Below are positions 12,207-24,909 of a stretch of DNA of 64,000 bases, in pieces. The position numbers were made by a program, and so were the translations under genes. The stretch is from Zygnema circumcarinatum SAG 698-1b (lineage: Eukaryota > Plantae > Zygnematophyceae): positions 806,001 through 870,000 of the forward strand of contig CM074808.1 in assembly GCA_037447605.1 (NCBI GenBank), in the 5' to 3' direction. A model generated the notes under the pieces. That model ran no database searches and was not told the DNA's origin. It saw only the letters and a program-made list of their open reading frames with translations. The first letter of the stretch is position 1. Each line of letters opens with the position of its first letter.

Positions 12207-15200
12207 ATGGGCCGGCTGAGTAGGTCGGGGCGGGCTCTCTATTGGTCGTTTCAGGTGGACGACAGAGCGAAGACTTTGGAGTTTTTCACGCGTGTGTTGG
12301 GAATGCAGATTCTGCGCTATCGCGAAGATGCGCTGTCCGGCGATGATAACGGTAGTCCCACTGTTTTTAATTTTGTGTTCTTAAGGTTTTGAAACAAACA
12401 CAGCAAGCAGAAAGTGAACGTTTTGAGCAACTTACGAAATTATTTGACTGGATTGGAGAGTACTTGTGCCTGTAGGACACTAGTTAGAAGGCGCCGCGTA
12501 TCGTTTTGGAGCCTATCGTGTAGATTTTTCTCCCTGATCATGAACGTATTCGGGAGCTGGTGATGTTGTTGCTTGCAGACTCACAAAGCAGGTGGAGCTG
12601 TACAAGAGTGGGGTGAGAGACCATATGCGCATCTTGATGATCTTTCTCCCCTTTTTTTTTTTTTTTGGAATGAGCTTGCTCTTACAATTCGCTATCCACG
12701 TGCCATGTTTCGTAGACTTTGATTACGCAGAAAATTTACAGGTGCTTGCACGTTTCTGTCTTGTAACTAATTACTGCCTTAGGCTCCCAGTTCTTCCCGT
12801 ATGCTACCACCTGAATACTGTTAAGCTCTTGAACGGGGTGTCTTCTCTTACGCACTCTGAGCGGGGTAAACAGGTACGGGTCTGAGGAGAGTCATTTCGT
12901 TTTTGAGCTTGTGCACTTTCGTGGAAGGGAGCAGGTGAGTGGATAGGCCGCTGATGTAAGCTGTAACTTCAACTTTTTTGTTTGCAGGAATAGTCTGCCC
13001 CTACTTAGGATCGTACTGCCACCTAGGGTTGTTTTGGCGACCCCAGGATTTTGGCACCTTAGTAGGGTTTGAGACAAAATTCAGGGTGTCTTTTGTTTCT
13101 GGCGTTGAGATTTATTTAGGATTGACTGTTTTTTGCAGCGGCAGCACGTTACCAGGTCAGGATGGATCTCGATTCGCAGTACGAAAGTGCTCCAGCGAGC
13201 CAAAGATGCCAAGTATCCATTTGAGAAACTTGCGCAGAGGGAGAATAGTGATATTGTCGTCCGCTCTCCTGAGGGGTACTTGTTCCGCATATACGACGGT
13301 GACTGTGAAGCGGATCCTGTGTTGGAGATAGGCCTACACGTATCGAGCCTGGATAGTTCTCTTGGTACGGTCACATCTTCAATTGGCAACTAAAGGAAAC
13401 TTAGATCAGAAAGAAAAAATCTGAACAATGTGATGCCACCACTGTTTGTAGAAAGTGAACTAAAGAAGCTCAATCGAGAGAGGAATACACGCAGTCGAAT
13501 GAAAATATGCACGACTTGCTTCCCGAGTGAATGATGAGGTTGACGGTCTGTGTGAGTCAGCATGTGAAGGCACAATCTGTAGAATTATCTTATGGAGTTT
13601 TTTCTACGAAGTGAAAAATTGGAAAAGTCATTGGCATCAAAGGGACAAAGTTATTGAAATGCCATATGTTTTGCAGAGGCCTTGTCTACCGTGTCAAGTT
13701 TGTCTTCTTGACCCTTCTTTATGTCGGAGAACAGTAGTAAATTGCGCTGATTGTGACAGTCAGCCCCTTTTAAGGCCATGCTTCCCTTTTTAGTGGATAT
13801 TTCATTAGATACAGGAAACATAGTTCACCTTATCTCACTGGTCTTTCCATAAAGACCGTAGGAGTTCAGGAGAATGACAATTGAATCTTTGGCTGTGAGC
13901 GTTGAATGCAGAATATTGGGCAGCTTTATTGGGTATGCCAGTGCTTTCACGAGGAGGGAGCTGTAGTGTTCTCAAATATGGACCAGGCCAATGCCGGCTG
14001 GCCTTGTGGGAGGTAGAAAACCAGGACAATGTTGTGACAGACGACGAGCATCTGGGCTTCAGTTGTCCGGAAGAGCAGGTCTGCATTTTGACTTCATGCT
14101 TTTTTTTTGTCTTTCATTGAATGCGGTGTCACTTCAGAGTGCAACCAAGGTAAACTCAAATGAAGCAAGGTCCTATTCCTGGCACTGCGTTTCTCAGTCA
14201 TGCATTTGTTAGTACGCTACCCAGGTCTTCTCAATACGTTCTGGTTGACTGAGCAAACGGATTTGTTGAATAATGATAAGGAGGAATTTATGGAAGCGAA
14301 AGCGAGCCATAATTTGTAGATACGACACCCTTTAGTTTTGGAAGAATGGAGCCGCTCTGGCTGGAAAAAATCTGTCAATCGAGTAAGCAATTGATCTTTA
14401 GGCCACTTATATTTCCTTACGTATTGGTCTTTGATCATGCATGCCGTTTCCCACTGCAATCTATGCAGTTCGCTTCTCCTGGCGCTAAGTTATGGGGATA
14501 ATCTTGGTCGTCTTCATTTAAACGTCTGCTTGTAACGGGGGGCTATCCTTGTCCTTGAAGAAACCGTGGATAAGGCTTAAAAAGCCTTGTAGGGTGCTCT
14601 TACGAGCGACTCATTGGGGTTTTCGCGGATGATGTCAGGACAGCTCCTACGTATTGTGGAGTCTATGAAAGCTGCAGGGGAGCAGTTCCTGAGAGAGCGT
14701 GTTGTGATGCGTACATGGCACCCAATATTGCAGGTGCATTCTCAGAGTCAACTCTTGTAGGTTGCCACATGCTTCATTTTATGAAGGGGTGGCGCATAGT
14801 AAGTCAGTCATATTTTGCGAATGGTCGATGTTGTGGACTCAAAGTTAGGGGTTTCGGTGAATGCATTTTTGGACCTAGCATGAGCTGACCTGACGATAAC
14901 CACTTCCACCAAAAAAAGCCATCTGTACGATCAACCACGTCGAAACGGCTCATGCTTCAATTGTGTCAGCTGTTCATTGGATCCTTATATCGATCGCAGA
15001 ATGACAATTTTCTGGGGCCTGTTTAGCAGGTGTTGCTAGTTGACCCCGATGGTCATCAACTAGCGTTCTTTGGAGAGGAGGGTTTGCGAAAGTCATATCA
15101 GGATAATGCACAGGTATGCAATTCTAAGCTCACCGGAAAAGCAGGAGGTAAGATGCATATCTGGAGTCACTGATGGGTGATAGCCAAATTTCTCGTGCCT

Positions 15201-15433
15201 TCCCTCTCCAACCAATTTTTCACAGTGTCTGAGACTTAAGTCTCTCTTGGGAGGCCTTGCAAAGTTAGATGCGTCTTGCGGTGTCTCGTCCGCAGTTTCA
15301 ATTTGTGGAGTGTCGATCACTTGCTCTGCGAAAAGATTCACTGCCAGGCTCCCATTATTGTGTGTTGCCCTGTCCAGGAGCCCTTCCTGCTGAAGCTGGG
15401 ACCTCTCATAGAGAGAAGGAACAGCGATTCTGA
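12207..15433 (+). CDS. GLOD4-like glyoxalase/VOC-domain protein, 8 exons (12207-12351, 12579-12612, 12874-12934, 13139-13364, 13912-14078, 14644-14733, 15030-15113, 15296-15433)
   Basis: Spliced product has RALYWSFQVDDRAKTLEFFTRVLGMQILR, RWSCTRVGYGSEESHFVFEL, SPEGYLF..DPVLEIGLHVSSLDSSLEYWAALLGM and VLLVDPDGHQLAFFGEE, paralleling GLOD4. All phases are consistent; the last exon is the least certain. Confidence 0.82.
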
Positions 15434-16959
15434 GGAACTGGCGACTTCTGGAGGCAAAAAATGAACACGGAGGATTGATCGGCTCCTGGTCAGTGAAACG
15501 ACTCCTGTACCTCTGCAGATAGGGTCTCGTTGCAGATACCTGTCTCAGTGCAAACTTGAGCTTCTTTCTTCTGGCTAGATGGTGAAGCTTGTTCGCTTTG
15601 CTTCTGAATGGACGATGGGAATACGAAGCAGGTTCTGCTTGAGGTTCTGCTTCCAGTGATGTCCTTTCCACCCCTTAACGATTGCACCCGTGCATCTGTT
15701 ATGCCGTTGAATGCCACAGAGAGATCTGATGGTTGGTCAATTGCACCGCTGACTATGGAGGTTCCACTTCAACCCGTAGCTGAAATGCCGGGCAGAGACA
15801 ACCTTTGCGATTGGTAGAACCTCAAACTCTTCATATGCTTCGTTTGAAGCCCGATCAATGCTTTTGTGTGAGATTCCAAACAGAATCCCGAGCGGGCCAA
15901 CTCGTGGTTTTGCCTTCAGAAGAGAAGCGCCTGTTTTGTAAATTTGAATTTTAGGGCTTCCCACTGTGGTTGGTCTACAGATAGGACTTTACCAGAGGCG
16001 ACAGCGTGATCCCTTTTTTTTTTTTTTGTAAAGTTTCGGACGCTTTCTTTGTAACAATTGCGAAAATGGCACGTGGGCAACTGGTGGCCTGACAATCGAA
16101 CGCAGCAAAATTTGGGGTTCAAATCTTGCGTAAAGAAATTTTGCAGTGGAAAAATGCTCCTTTCATGTAGGGTATATATATTGAGCGTGGGCGGGATCTG
16201 GCGTAGTATTCATTGCGTGTCACGGGGAAGTGGGTGGTTTGGACGATGGAAAACTACCTTACAGAAACGAAGCGTAGAGAGGGAAGCTGAAATCCGTAAT
16301 TTTCTTCAAACTGAGGACCAGAGGCACAAATAATACGACTTTGATTTCAAATATGTAAAGCGACAGCCCAGATTGGAGCTCCTGAAATGAAATATGGGGC
16401 TAAGGCCCATCGGTTGCCATGCATAGTCCTTGGGAGTAGCTTCCCCCATTGAATCAAACTAGTTCTTTCACGTCAACAACTCGAATTAAGTGCGGTCCAA
16501 CGTCTCTCCAAGAACGGGTTCAACCGTAAGGCGAAGTTTACATCCATGGCCCCAAATAAACAGCAAGGCAGATTCACAGAGGAAATTGCACATTTTCTTT
16601 CCGCAAATAAAGACGTGACATAGAGCCAATTGGAGAACCATACTGCTCCTCACTGGTGCGCCCTTCGACCCTTCTGTAGCCTACAAATTTGTAGCCTTTT
16701 GGCTTTTCCACTTAGAGCCTCGATTGAATGGTTGCCCACGGAGAACTACTCATACAAGGCCTGTCCCGAAGGACACCAATGTAAAATGCTTAGGTCCTCT
16801 GCTTGGAAAGCCCTGACCTACCACTATTACAGCAGACTCCTATGTGAAGAGGAAAACAAATCCAACCATGGTAACATGTAACTTTCAGTGACAAATCCCA
16901 TACCTCAGAGGCGGAACTTGTTTTCCAGCTCCAGCCATACAGGAACACTCTTTTCTATG

Positions 16960-19564
16960 CTATTGTTCCTTCCTTCGCTTCGCCTTCTTCTTCTCACTGC
17001 CGGTTTCCTTGCGTGACGTCTCCTCCACTGGTGTAGCTTGTTTCCCTGCAAATCCTTCCCTTTTTGACGCTAATTGTTGGAGAACTTGGGAGTAAGAGGT
17101 CCGTCATTCATGAACAATAATTTCTTTTGCACACGTGAAAAGAAAAAGGATTGCATCCACAACCTTTACCAGGACAACTTGCCTAATTCGTTCATTTCCA
17201 GTCATCGCAGAGGCTACTGTCAGGCGTCACTAGGACAACACCTCCAGAAAATGTGTGCTTGCATCAAAGTTGGAAACCTACGACAAGACCTTGAATTCCT
17301 TTTCTTCTTTCCTTTTCTTTTTCTATTGCCAAGAATTCTTGCCAATTTTTTCAGCCAAATACTTCAAAGCTAGTATGTATTGCAACAAGTCTGTATGCTG
17401 TCCTCCCCATGACCGACGGAATACAGAGCAATAGCTTTCTAACTCGCGAGGGCTTAAACTATGACGAGCACATACCTCTGTTTTCATTGTTATGTGGAGA
17501 CTCTCTGTGCATGGAAGATGCCGAATCCCTCCTCTCAGTTCCTTTCTCTCCTTTACTCCTTTTTGGCTTTCGCGACGACGTTTTGGTATCATCATTTATG
17601 GTCGTAACTTTGGTGAGAGTTCCGCCTGATCCGCGCAAGCTACCGAGATGAGATGTTAGATGTTGCTATGTTGAGTAAACTTCCACCAATCTCACCATCT
17701 CGGTTTCCAACTTTACACCAACCTTTGCTCAACAAACGCTAATGCTAAATGCTTTTCGGCTACCGCATTTAGAAGACCTAGAGTAATGTATTAGCTGTAT
17801 TGGTAATTAATATAGTTAAATACAATTCACGGATCCGGGCCATCTAAGGTGACTGAATACTTCACCTTGTTCAGATGGCATGGATATTGCAAAGGTATGC
17901 CGAGGGGATACAGGCTCTTCTCTCCCTCCAGCTTCATGCTCTGTGTTGCCTTCGATCTCATCATCGCCCTGCTCAATTTCTCTGATGGTGCAACTGGCAC
18001 ACCATGAAATAGGTCTCACTGCAATCCCATCAGAACATGTCCCTACAACTCAAGGTAGGAACGATATAAATCTGAAAGGGTTCCCCCGCCTACTTCGGCA
18101 AAGTCAGCAACAGTCAGCTGCCTTTCTGCTGGCCTTGTTCCGTGGGTATTTTTAGATCTCAAAGAAAGAAAGTTCACCTCGGCTAACCCTCTCAAGGGTA
18201 GGGAGACAGAACACCACAACAGCAACAGCAGAATGTGACCACCTAATAGTTAGACACATTAGCAACATTCTTATCTTCATGAAGGCATCCTATGGTAATA
18301 AATTGCATCGAACATAATGCTACCTAAGCTGTCCATGCCATGTGCATGATGGGCAAATTGTAAGCAAAGGTCTTACCTCCTCCTCGCTGATTCGGAGTGT
18401 CAGGCAAAACTGCTACCAGTGCGGTAGCCGGCATCTTCTCAAGGACCATCGGCAGCTGTGTACCTGAAAGCACATATCTCCTTCGAACACATAAGGGCAA
18501 GCCTGGCAGGTGCACGGAAGCAAGAGATTGTACGATTGTTTTTATACGCAAAAACCGGAATTCGGCAAATTTTGATTGAATGTGTGATGCGCTTGAGCTG
18601 GCGAACTCATCAACAAGCATGGAATCTCTCTCTCTAATCTTCCCACATTATATTTTGAGTGAAAAGGAAAAGATGGGTTCACCATTGGGAAGGGTGAAGT
18701 TTCCAACGCAATTGAGAGTATTGAGCTGCTTTTCCATGGTGCCAGGCTGCAGCTTCCACTGAGATGCCGCCCATTGTTCTGAAGTCACCTGCTCCATCAA
18801 AGAATCATCATCATCATCTTGAGACTAACGTAAAGCTAAATCAGAGTTCTTGCCTTGGTGGGGAAAATGTTTGCTAGCTATGACAGCTGGCCTCAACTTT
18901 CATAGCTCAAAACCATGTAAAAAGGACAGGAAGACCAAGCCCAAGTCAGAGGCCACAATGGCGGTAAGAACAGACCTTTTTTATGTCTGGAAGCTGCAGC
19001 AGCCAAATCTCTGCATCGTCATCAAAGATGTCATCTTTCCCAAGGCCGCTTTTCTCAGAAAGTTTGTACTGCGGGGGCACCTCAAACCTGCCAACAGTTG
19101 GAAACAAAAGATGTGCAAAAACGATTCAAATTTCAGGCTTCCTCCACTGAGATAGGTGAAAAAGGATTAAGAAAACAAGCAAGCTCATACAACTTACACG
19201 CGCATTCTCTACCATCAAAGGACCTCCGTCCAAACCTTCATCTACTCACAAGGCGCCATTCACGATGCAGAGCCTTCCATAATCAGCCTTCCAAACTCTA
19301 AAAAAAGTCTTCCCGGCAACTCCTCTCTCTCTCGCTCTTCTCTCCTCTCATTCTCTCTCCACTCTCCTCTCTCTCTCTCACTCTCTCTCTCTCACTCTCT
19401 CTCTCTCCTCTCTCTCTCTCTCTCCAATCTCTCTCTCCTCCCTCCGCCCTCAACATCCAACTTTTGAAACGCCTTTCGGCTCTGACCCCTCCTTCACCTC
19501 ACCCGGCAGCTCCATTCTGAGTCCCTCTCTGGAGCTGCTCCTCCTGCTGCTGCACGGACGGCAT
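16960..19564 (-). CDS. RNA polymerase I subunit RPA34-like / plant mediator-associated protein 2-like, 7 exons, ~251 aa
   Basis: Exons 19564-19503, 19087-18976, 18788-18683, 18463-18377, 18018-17866, 17625-17476 and 17045-16960 splice in phase (756 nt). The motif FEVPPQYKLSE...DAEIWLLQLP and the Lys-rich C-terminus (EKKKAKRRKEQ*) are typical of the A34.5 family. Family call is from recall. Confidence 0.65.
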
Positions 19565-19624
19565 CTCCCTCTCCAAGCAGAAGCTCCTCCCTCAGCCGCT
19601 GCAACTGTCTGTCCGAGCTGGGGA

Positions 19625-19745
19625 ATTAGGATTAGGGTTTCAGCGGATCAGGGTTAGAATTAGGGTTAGGGAAAGGTTCAATGGAATTAGGTTAGGGTTA
19701 GGGTTAGAGTTCAGCGGAAAAAGGGCTAGAATTAGGGTTAGGGTC
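19625..19745 (-). promoter_or_regulatory. Cluster of telo-box-like (TTAGGG/AACCCTAA) repeats upstream of the RPA34-like ATG
   Basis: About 7 TTAGGG/TTAGG units, e.g. GGTTAGGGTTAGGGTTAGAG and AATTAGGGTTAGGG. Confidence 0.7.
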
Positions 19746-20324
19746 AGCAAAAGGCCCTGCTGACGTGGCCCTTACCTTCGGAGGCCCGTTCACACTGTGG
19801 GAACGCACTCGGATTCGCCGTTCACTTTTTAGGGCATGTCAATCTAAAACGTCGATATTTTTCCGATCACTTGAATTCAGAAAACGTACACATTATCAGG
19901 GAAATATATAACAATAGTAAACTGTAAATTATGGATTTCGAAATGGTTCCCGAAGCGCCATGGGAACGGCCGCCTTGGAAGCAAACAATGAATTTTGGAC
20001 GAGCCGTGCTGGCCAGGTCCGCATCGGATCGTCCACGTGACAGATCGTGCGGCCCACGATGCAGCCCGCAGTGGAACCGGGCACGAGCGGGCTTTTTTCA
20101 CAATACAGTAATTATTTTTATTTATTTATTGTACAACTTCCGCGGTGGTTTCCTATAACGATGGGTCTTCCGCAATCCGTCCCACATGGAAACGGAATCT
20201 GTGAATCAATCGCGGGACGGCGTGGCACGTGCAGCGTATCACACAAAACTCGACATCTGGTCGGAAACGGGTCCGCCGGATCCGCACAACGAGGCGGAGT
20301 GGGCACTGGGCAGGCGGTGGGAGA

Positions 20325-20520
20325 GTGGGGAGAGGGAGAGGGAGAGGGAGAGGGAGAGGAAGAGGGAGAGGGAGAGGGGAGTATGATGGATAAGGAGAGA
20401 GAGGCAGGATGAGGGGGAGGAGGTGGAGTGGAAGGAAAGGGAGGGAAGAGTGAGTGAGGAAAAGGAGGTGTGGGAGGAAGAGGGAGAAGGAGAGGGAGAG
20501 GGAGAGGGAGGGGGGGTGGG
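20325..20520 (+). repeat. GA/G-rich purine tract in the putative 5' UTR of the KIX-like gene
   Basis: (GAGG)n/(GGGAGA)n low-complexity run immediately before the ATG at 20539. Confidence 0.85.
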
Positions 20521-20538
20521 GTGGGAGGAGGACCGATA

Positions 20539-22495
20539 ATGCCAAAGCCGGGACCGAAGCCATACGAGTGCATACGGCGCGCGTGGCACTCCGACTCGCA
20601 TGGAGATCTGCGGTGCCAGGTCATGCAGAACGCCATCAGGTGAGTTACGCCTGCATAGAACCGGATTCAAAATGCGGAGCTTGAAGGGTTTGGCAGGCAG
20701 CCAGAAGTGCAATGGGAGGATGTGAACTTTGCACTTTGTATTTGCAGAATGGTTATAAGAATGCACAAACCAGAGACGACTCTGTCGATGGTTTGGCGGG
20801 AAAAAATGGCAAGATCTGTCATGCGGCTGGATGAAATTCTCTACTCTATGGCTCGATCTCGGGTGAGAGTCAACCCCTTCTATGCCATGCAAGTTTCTGT
20901 TTGCTTACGTGTTAGTTGTTGTTAATTGTTGCCCTTTTCTTACAAGTGAAGGACAAACCCCCCCTTCCCCCTCGCTTTCCCCCCTCCTTTAAATTCTTTG
21001 CAAAACATAGACTGCATTTTTTTAGAGTGTTTGCTGTCATCCGACTCCTTTTTGTAAGCCGGTTGAAGGCAGTAATACTGGAAGTGTCGAAGGCCAGAGC
21101 AAGATCGGGAATTAGAGGCTAGTCTGTCTGCCATATGTTAAGAGCTAAGGAGTGGCATGAAAATAAAAAAGAGCAATTTGTGTACGAGCTCTGATAGATC
21201 ACATTGTTTGAAGTGTACCCTTGTGCTGAAAACGACTTGGACGAAGTTCACCTCCATCTAATGGTACTCCAAGTAATTAGAGTTGAATGAGCTGTAGTTT
21301 TCTGCAAGTTCGGGTGGGCAATGATGTTCATGGTTAGTAGTGGCCATGAATGTGTAGAAAGTGTAAGATCGGAAAGCATGTAGCAGGTGAGAGCAAACGC
21401 TCTCCAGTTTATGGAGCTTCTTGGATATGGAAATTTTGTGTAGAAAGTCATCTTATACTTTCTCTCACAGGCAGAATATGAAGACTTATCTACACTTGCA
21501 AGCCGCTTGACTGAGGCAGTGGAGTCCATCGTGGCTCGAAATGAAGAAGAGGAGGAGGTTGAAGGGCGGAAGCTGCTGCCTTGCGTTGAAGGTGGGCCTC
21601 AGATGGTCGCTGCAAGACATAGGGAGTGATATTGGGGACAAAGGAGGAGGGATGAGGGACAGTTGAAGTAGCCTGATGCAGTCTATACACCCTGGTGCAC
21701 GCTTTAGAGTTGGGTTTCACAGGAAATTTTCTGTCCGTTTCATGCTTGTTGATACAATTTTGCAGTTTGTATTTTCTTGTTTATGCAGCGGCGTTGACTA
21801 TTGCTCAACAACCTCTGGCCAGCCCCAACAATCGTAACAGCAGAACTTATGCTGGCAGTAGAAGCAGTCTCCGGGAAATTCGACCTCGAGAGCAGACTCT
21901 GGGAGCTCGGCCCTTCGCAGAAACAGCAGTGGGCGAGGAGAGGTTTGATAGGAGTGGAGATGGGTCTGATTTGGGAATCAGAAGCGAAGTGTTGCAGCAC
22001 TGCACGTGGACCAAAAGCACGTTCACTAGGTCATACAGTCTGCAGGAAGAGGGAGGCTTGCCATTGGCCAGTAATATCCCTCTGCTATTTCGAGGGGACC
22101 TAAATCATCAGCCTTTTCCTAGGCAGAGTGGGGAGCCCTTTCAAGAGTATCCTTTGGCTCCTCAAGAAAGATTTGGAAGGTCAACGCCTACAGAGGAAGC
22201 AACTTTCAGGCCACGCTTTGTTCCTGAATTCAGTATGGGCTCTCCGAGTAGATTATGCCACGATGATCTGAGTCTGTTAGGGCCCACAGGAAGGGATGCC
22301 AAGTGGGAGCGATTGGCGTGGCGTGTTCAAAGATTGAAAGGGCCGGAGGACGCTTCGACAAAGAGACCACGGCAAGAGCCAAGCAATTGCAAACAGCATT
22401 TTGGGGTTGCGAATGGGGCGTCCAATGACTGCTGCAAAGACAGCGGATCGGAAAGGAGCTCCCAGGGTGTGTCCGAGTCTAGCAGCCAGCAGTGA
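20539..22495 (+). CDS. Plant PxPGPxPYECxRRAWHS-family protein (KIX-like N-terminal domain; homologues often annotated 'histone acetyltransferase'), 4 exons, ~347 aa
   Basis: Exons 20539-20639, 20748-20862, 21471-21591 and 21789-22495 give MPKPGPKPYECIRRAWHSD...WREKMARSVMRLDEILYSMARSRAEYEDLSTLASRLTEAVESI...LLPCVEAAL, matching the conserved plant family motif. The C-terminus is uncertain. Confidence 0.8.
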
Positions 22496-23507
22496 CAGAC
22501 CACTGTTTGCCAAGGAGGCCGATTCGCAGGGAATTCACTTCGGAAAGTTCGGAAGGAGCAAACCTGCAATTTGTCCTTTGAACACGTAAGTGCATATAAT
22601 CCTCCCCAGGAGAAGGTCATGATTGCCCTTTCAACCTAGTATGGAATATCTAATGGAGTTTTTTTCTTGTTCTTGAAGACAATGATTCTCTTTTTCGAAG
22701 TTCTGGTCACGTGATTCGAGTTTTTCTCGAAGGCAATAGCATGTTTCCAAGTGTCCATCTGGTGCATTTTTTGAGATTGGCAGAGGGAGAAAAGCGTTGC
22801 ATTGTTGCAGTGGGCTACGCTGCACTGAACTAGCCAACTTAAGCCTAATTTTCAAGTCTCCAATCCCTCTACCTCGCCATCTCATTAAGGCAGGCTCTTT
22901 TGTAAGCATCTGAATTTGCTTCAGCACGAAGTTGTACATTATAAGGAAAGATTGAGAGATCACCTGCAACTTCCTGTTTTCTAATCTGCAGACAACTCAT
23001 ACGTGTTAGTATTGTCTCAGACTTTCGACTAGGGTTGTGAACGGTCCTGTACTTGTGTGCAGGTGCGCTCTGGGAGGCATCCTCCACCTTCAAGCCGCCA
23101 TGGATTTTGGGCTCCAACGAGATGGTGAATGCGAAGGCAGCACGTGGCACATACACGATGGAGAACAGAGTTATCACGATTCCTCTTGTGTCAGACAATT
23201 TCCAAGTAATTTTTTTTGCGCCTTCTGAGTCTTTATTTCTCGATAGTGGCACACTGGGACAAAGTCACTCGACTCAGCTTTTTACCAAACTTTTTCCCAT
23301 AATGAAGGCTCAGCTCTAAGCAGCTGTACCAGACAGGTCGTTTCATTGTCTCTTCTGTAGAAAAGCGGGTACAGAGTAGAGAGGAAAAAGTGGTGCAGTG
23401 GAAGTTTTACCTTCAGGTTCTGTTCAAGTCCTTGATTATCTTTTTGAGTCTTTGTCAAAGTGGTACATAGGAGCTGAACTTCTCACCAAGAGCGGTTAAT
23501 ATTTTTT

Positions 23508-24394
23508 GGGTAACTCTACTGCACCCTCGCGTTTTGTCTTTCGCACCCCCGTTTTGAAAATTTTGCCTGCCCGTTTTGGTTACCCCCCAGTTTTGAATAT
23601 TTCGGGAAAAAAAAAATTTCCCGCCCCTTTCGTCCCCTCCGATGCCCCCCCTCGAACCATTGCGGTTGCAAAACCCTCACCCGGTTGTGAAGGAACGAGG
23701 CCGACCTTCTGGCGCGCGCAATTTGGCAATCAGCCGGGACAAGAGCTATTTCGAGTACGTTGAAAGGAAAAAATGTTCCAATTGCAAGCAAGTAGGCCAC
23801 AATTTAAGATCTTGCCTTAATTAGGGGTAACCTGAAAACAGAGAGTAACAGTTGCCCAACATTGGTGACCTTTGCAGTTGTGTTTAAGGTTGCGTTTTTG
23901 TACTTAAGCTTAGTTTAGTTTAGTTTTTTGTTCCTAGTTTTTTTATTTTGTGCTTGTTTCATTTGCGACTAATTTCTTGTGGTTCCCATGTTGACTTTGT
24001 CCATGTTTATTTGATGGCCTCACCATCTTGAGACCAATGCAAATCCCCTTTTCTTTTGTCGCACATTGTTGGAAGTCAATAGTGAAAAGGAGAAAACGAG
24101 GGGATGGAATGTCCAAAAAAAAATGAAGGGAGGGGGAATGAAAACAACCGAACTCGACGCCTCCCGGTACCCACCCATAAACTTTACCGTTAAAAGGCAA
24201 CCGCGGACATAAACGAACGATCATACATTTACTTTTATCGCGTTTCGCAACAGGGGGCAGCGGAGGGGACGAAAGGGGCGGGAAAAAGATTTTTTCCCGA
24301 AATATTCAAAACTGGGGGGTAACCAAAACGGGCAGGCAAAATTTTCAAAACGGGGGTGCGAAAGACAAAACGCGGGGGTGCAGTAGAGTTACCC
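23508..24394. mobile_element. Non-autonomous Mutator-like element (MULE) with ~140-bp TIRs, 8-bp TSD and a transposase Zn-knuckle remnant
   Basis: TIRs GGGTAACTCTACTGCACCC...(23508-~23650) and ...GGGTGCAGTAGAGTTACCC (~24250-24394) are nearly identical. TSD TATTTTTT lies at 23500-23507 and 24395-24402. An internal frame (~23750-23824) gives RKKCSNCKQVGHNLRSC*, the CCHC typical of MuDR-type transposase C-termini. Confidence 0.88.
23979..24048 (+). repeat. Partial copy E of the unclassified repeat, inside the MULE
   Basis: GTGGTTCCCATGTTGACTTTGTCCATGTTTATTTGATGGCCTCACCATCTTGAGACCAATGCAAATCCC. Confidence 0.75.
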
Positions 24395-24873
24395 TATTTT
24401 TTTCAGGAGGGTTTTTTTGGAGTGTATTCACTCAAAAATATTTTTTTTCTTATTGATGCATATCGACTGTTGACTGGACTACCAATAGTGACAGGTTTTG
24501 ACTTGAAAAAACTCAGGAAACATGTTTCTAATTTCTATTGACAAGATTCTGCTGACAACAAACACAGGCGGGATTGTACCCAATCAACTGTTTTGGTATG
24601 GACACCACCCCCTATCACAAGCGCATGCATTGTGTGCTTGGCAGCGACAATTACTCAGCAGCCAACAGAGGTTGTTTTGTTCACAACAATGCCAAAACTC
24701 CTTGCTCGTCTTCCACCCGTTTACAAGAAATGGCCTTCTTGATCTTCCCTTGCTATGTCTGGTTGGGGGGCTTACAGCAGCTGCGACAGACAATGCCTCC
24801 ATCCTTGTTCACTTTTCCATTTCTTCATCTCTCCGCCAGACCACGCCCACCTGACCCTTTTGAGAGCGGGAAA

Positions 24874-24909
24874 GTGGCATTGATCACACGTTGGCGATGC
24901 CATCAAATG
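24874..24909 (-). repeat. Short copy F of the unclassified repeat
   Basis: GTGGCATTGATCACACGTTGGCGATGCCATCAAATG. Confidence 0.65.

Noticed and set aside
15093-15964. Minus-strand ORFs (192 aa and others) initially read as a transposase or pseudogene
   Set aside because: No recognisable motif; they overlap the last GLOD4-like exons and 3' region in antisense.
16400-17420. Apparent stop-riddled extra exons of the RPA34-like gene
   Set aside because: A clean 7-exon model ending at the Lys-rich TAG (16960) explains the locus; the other segments are intron or UTR.
20118-20892. Long Pro/Leu/Ser-rich ORFs on both strands
   Set aside because: Artefacts of the GA-rich tract and antisense to the real KIX-like exons.
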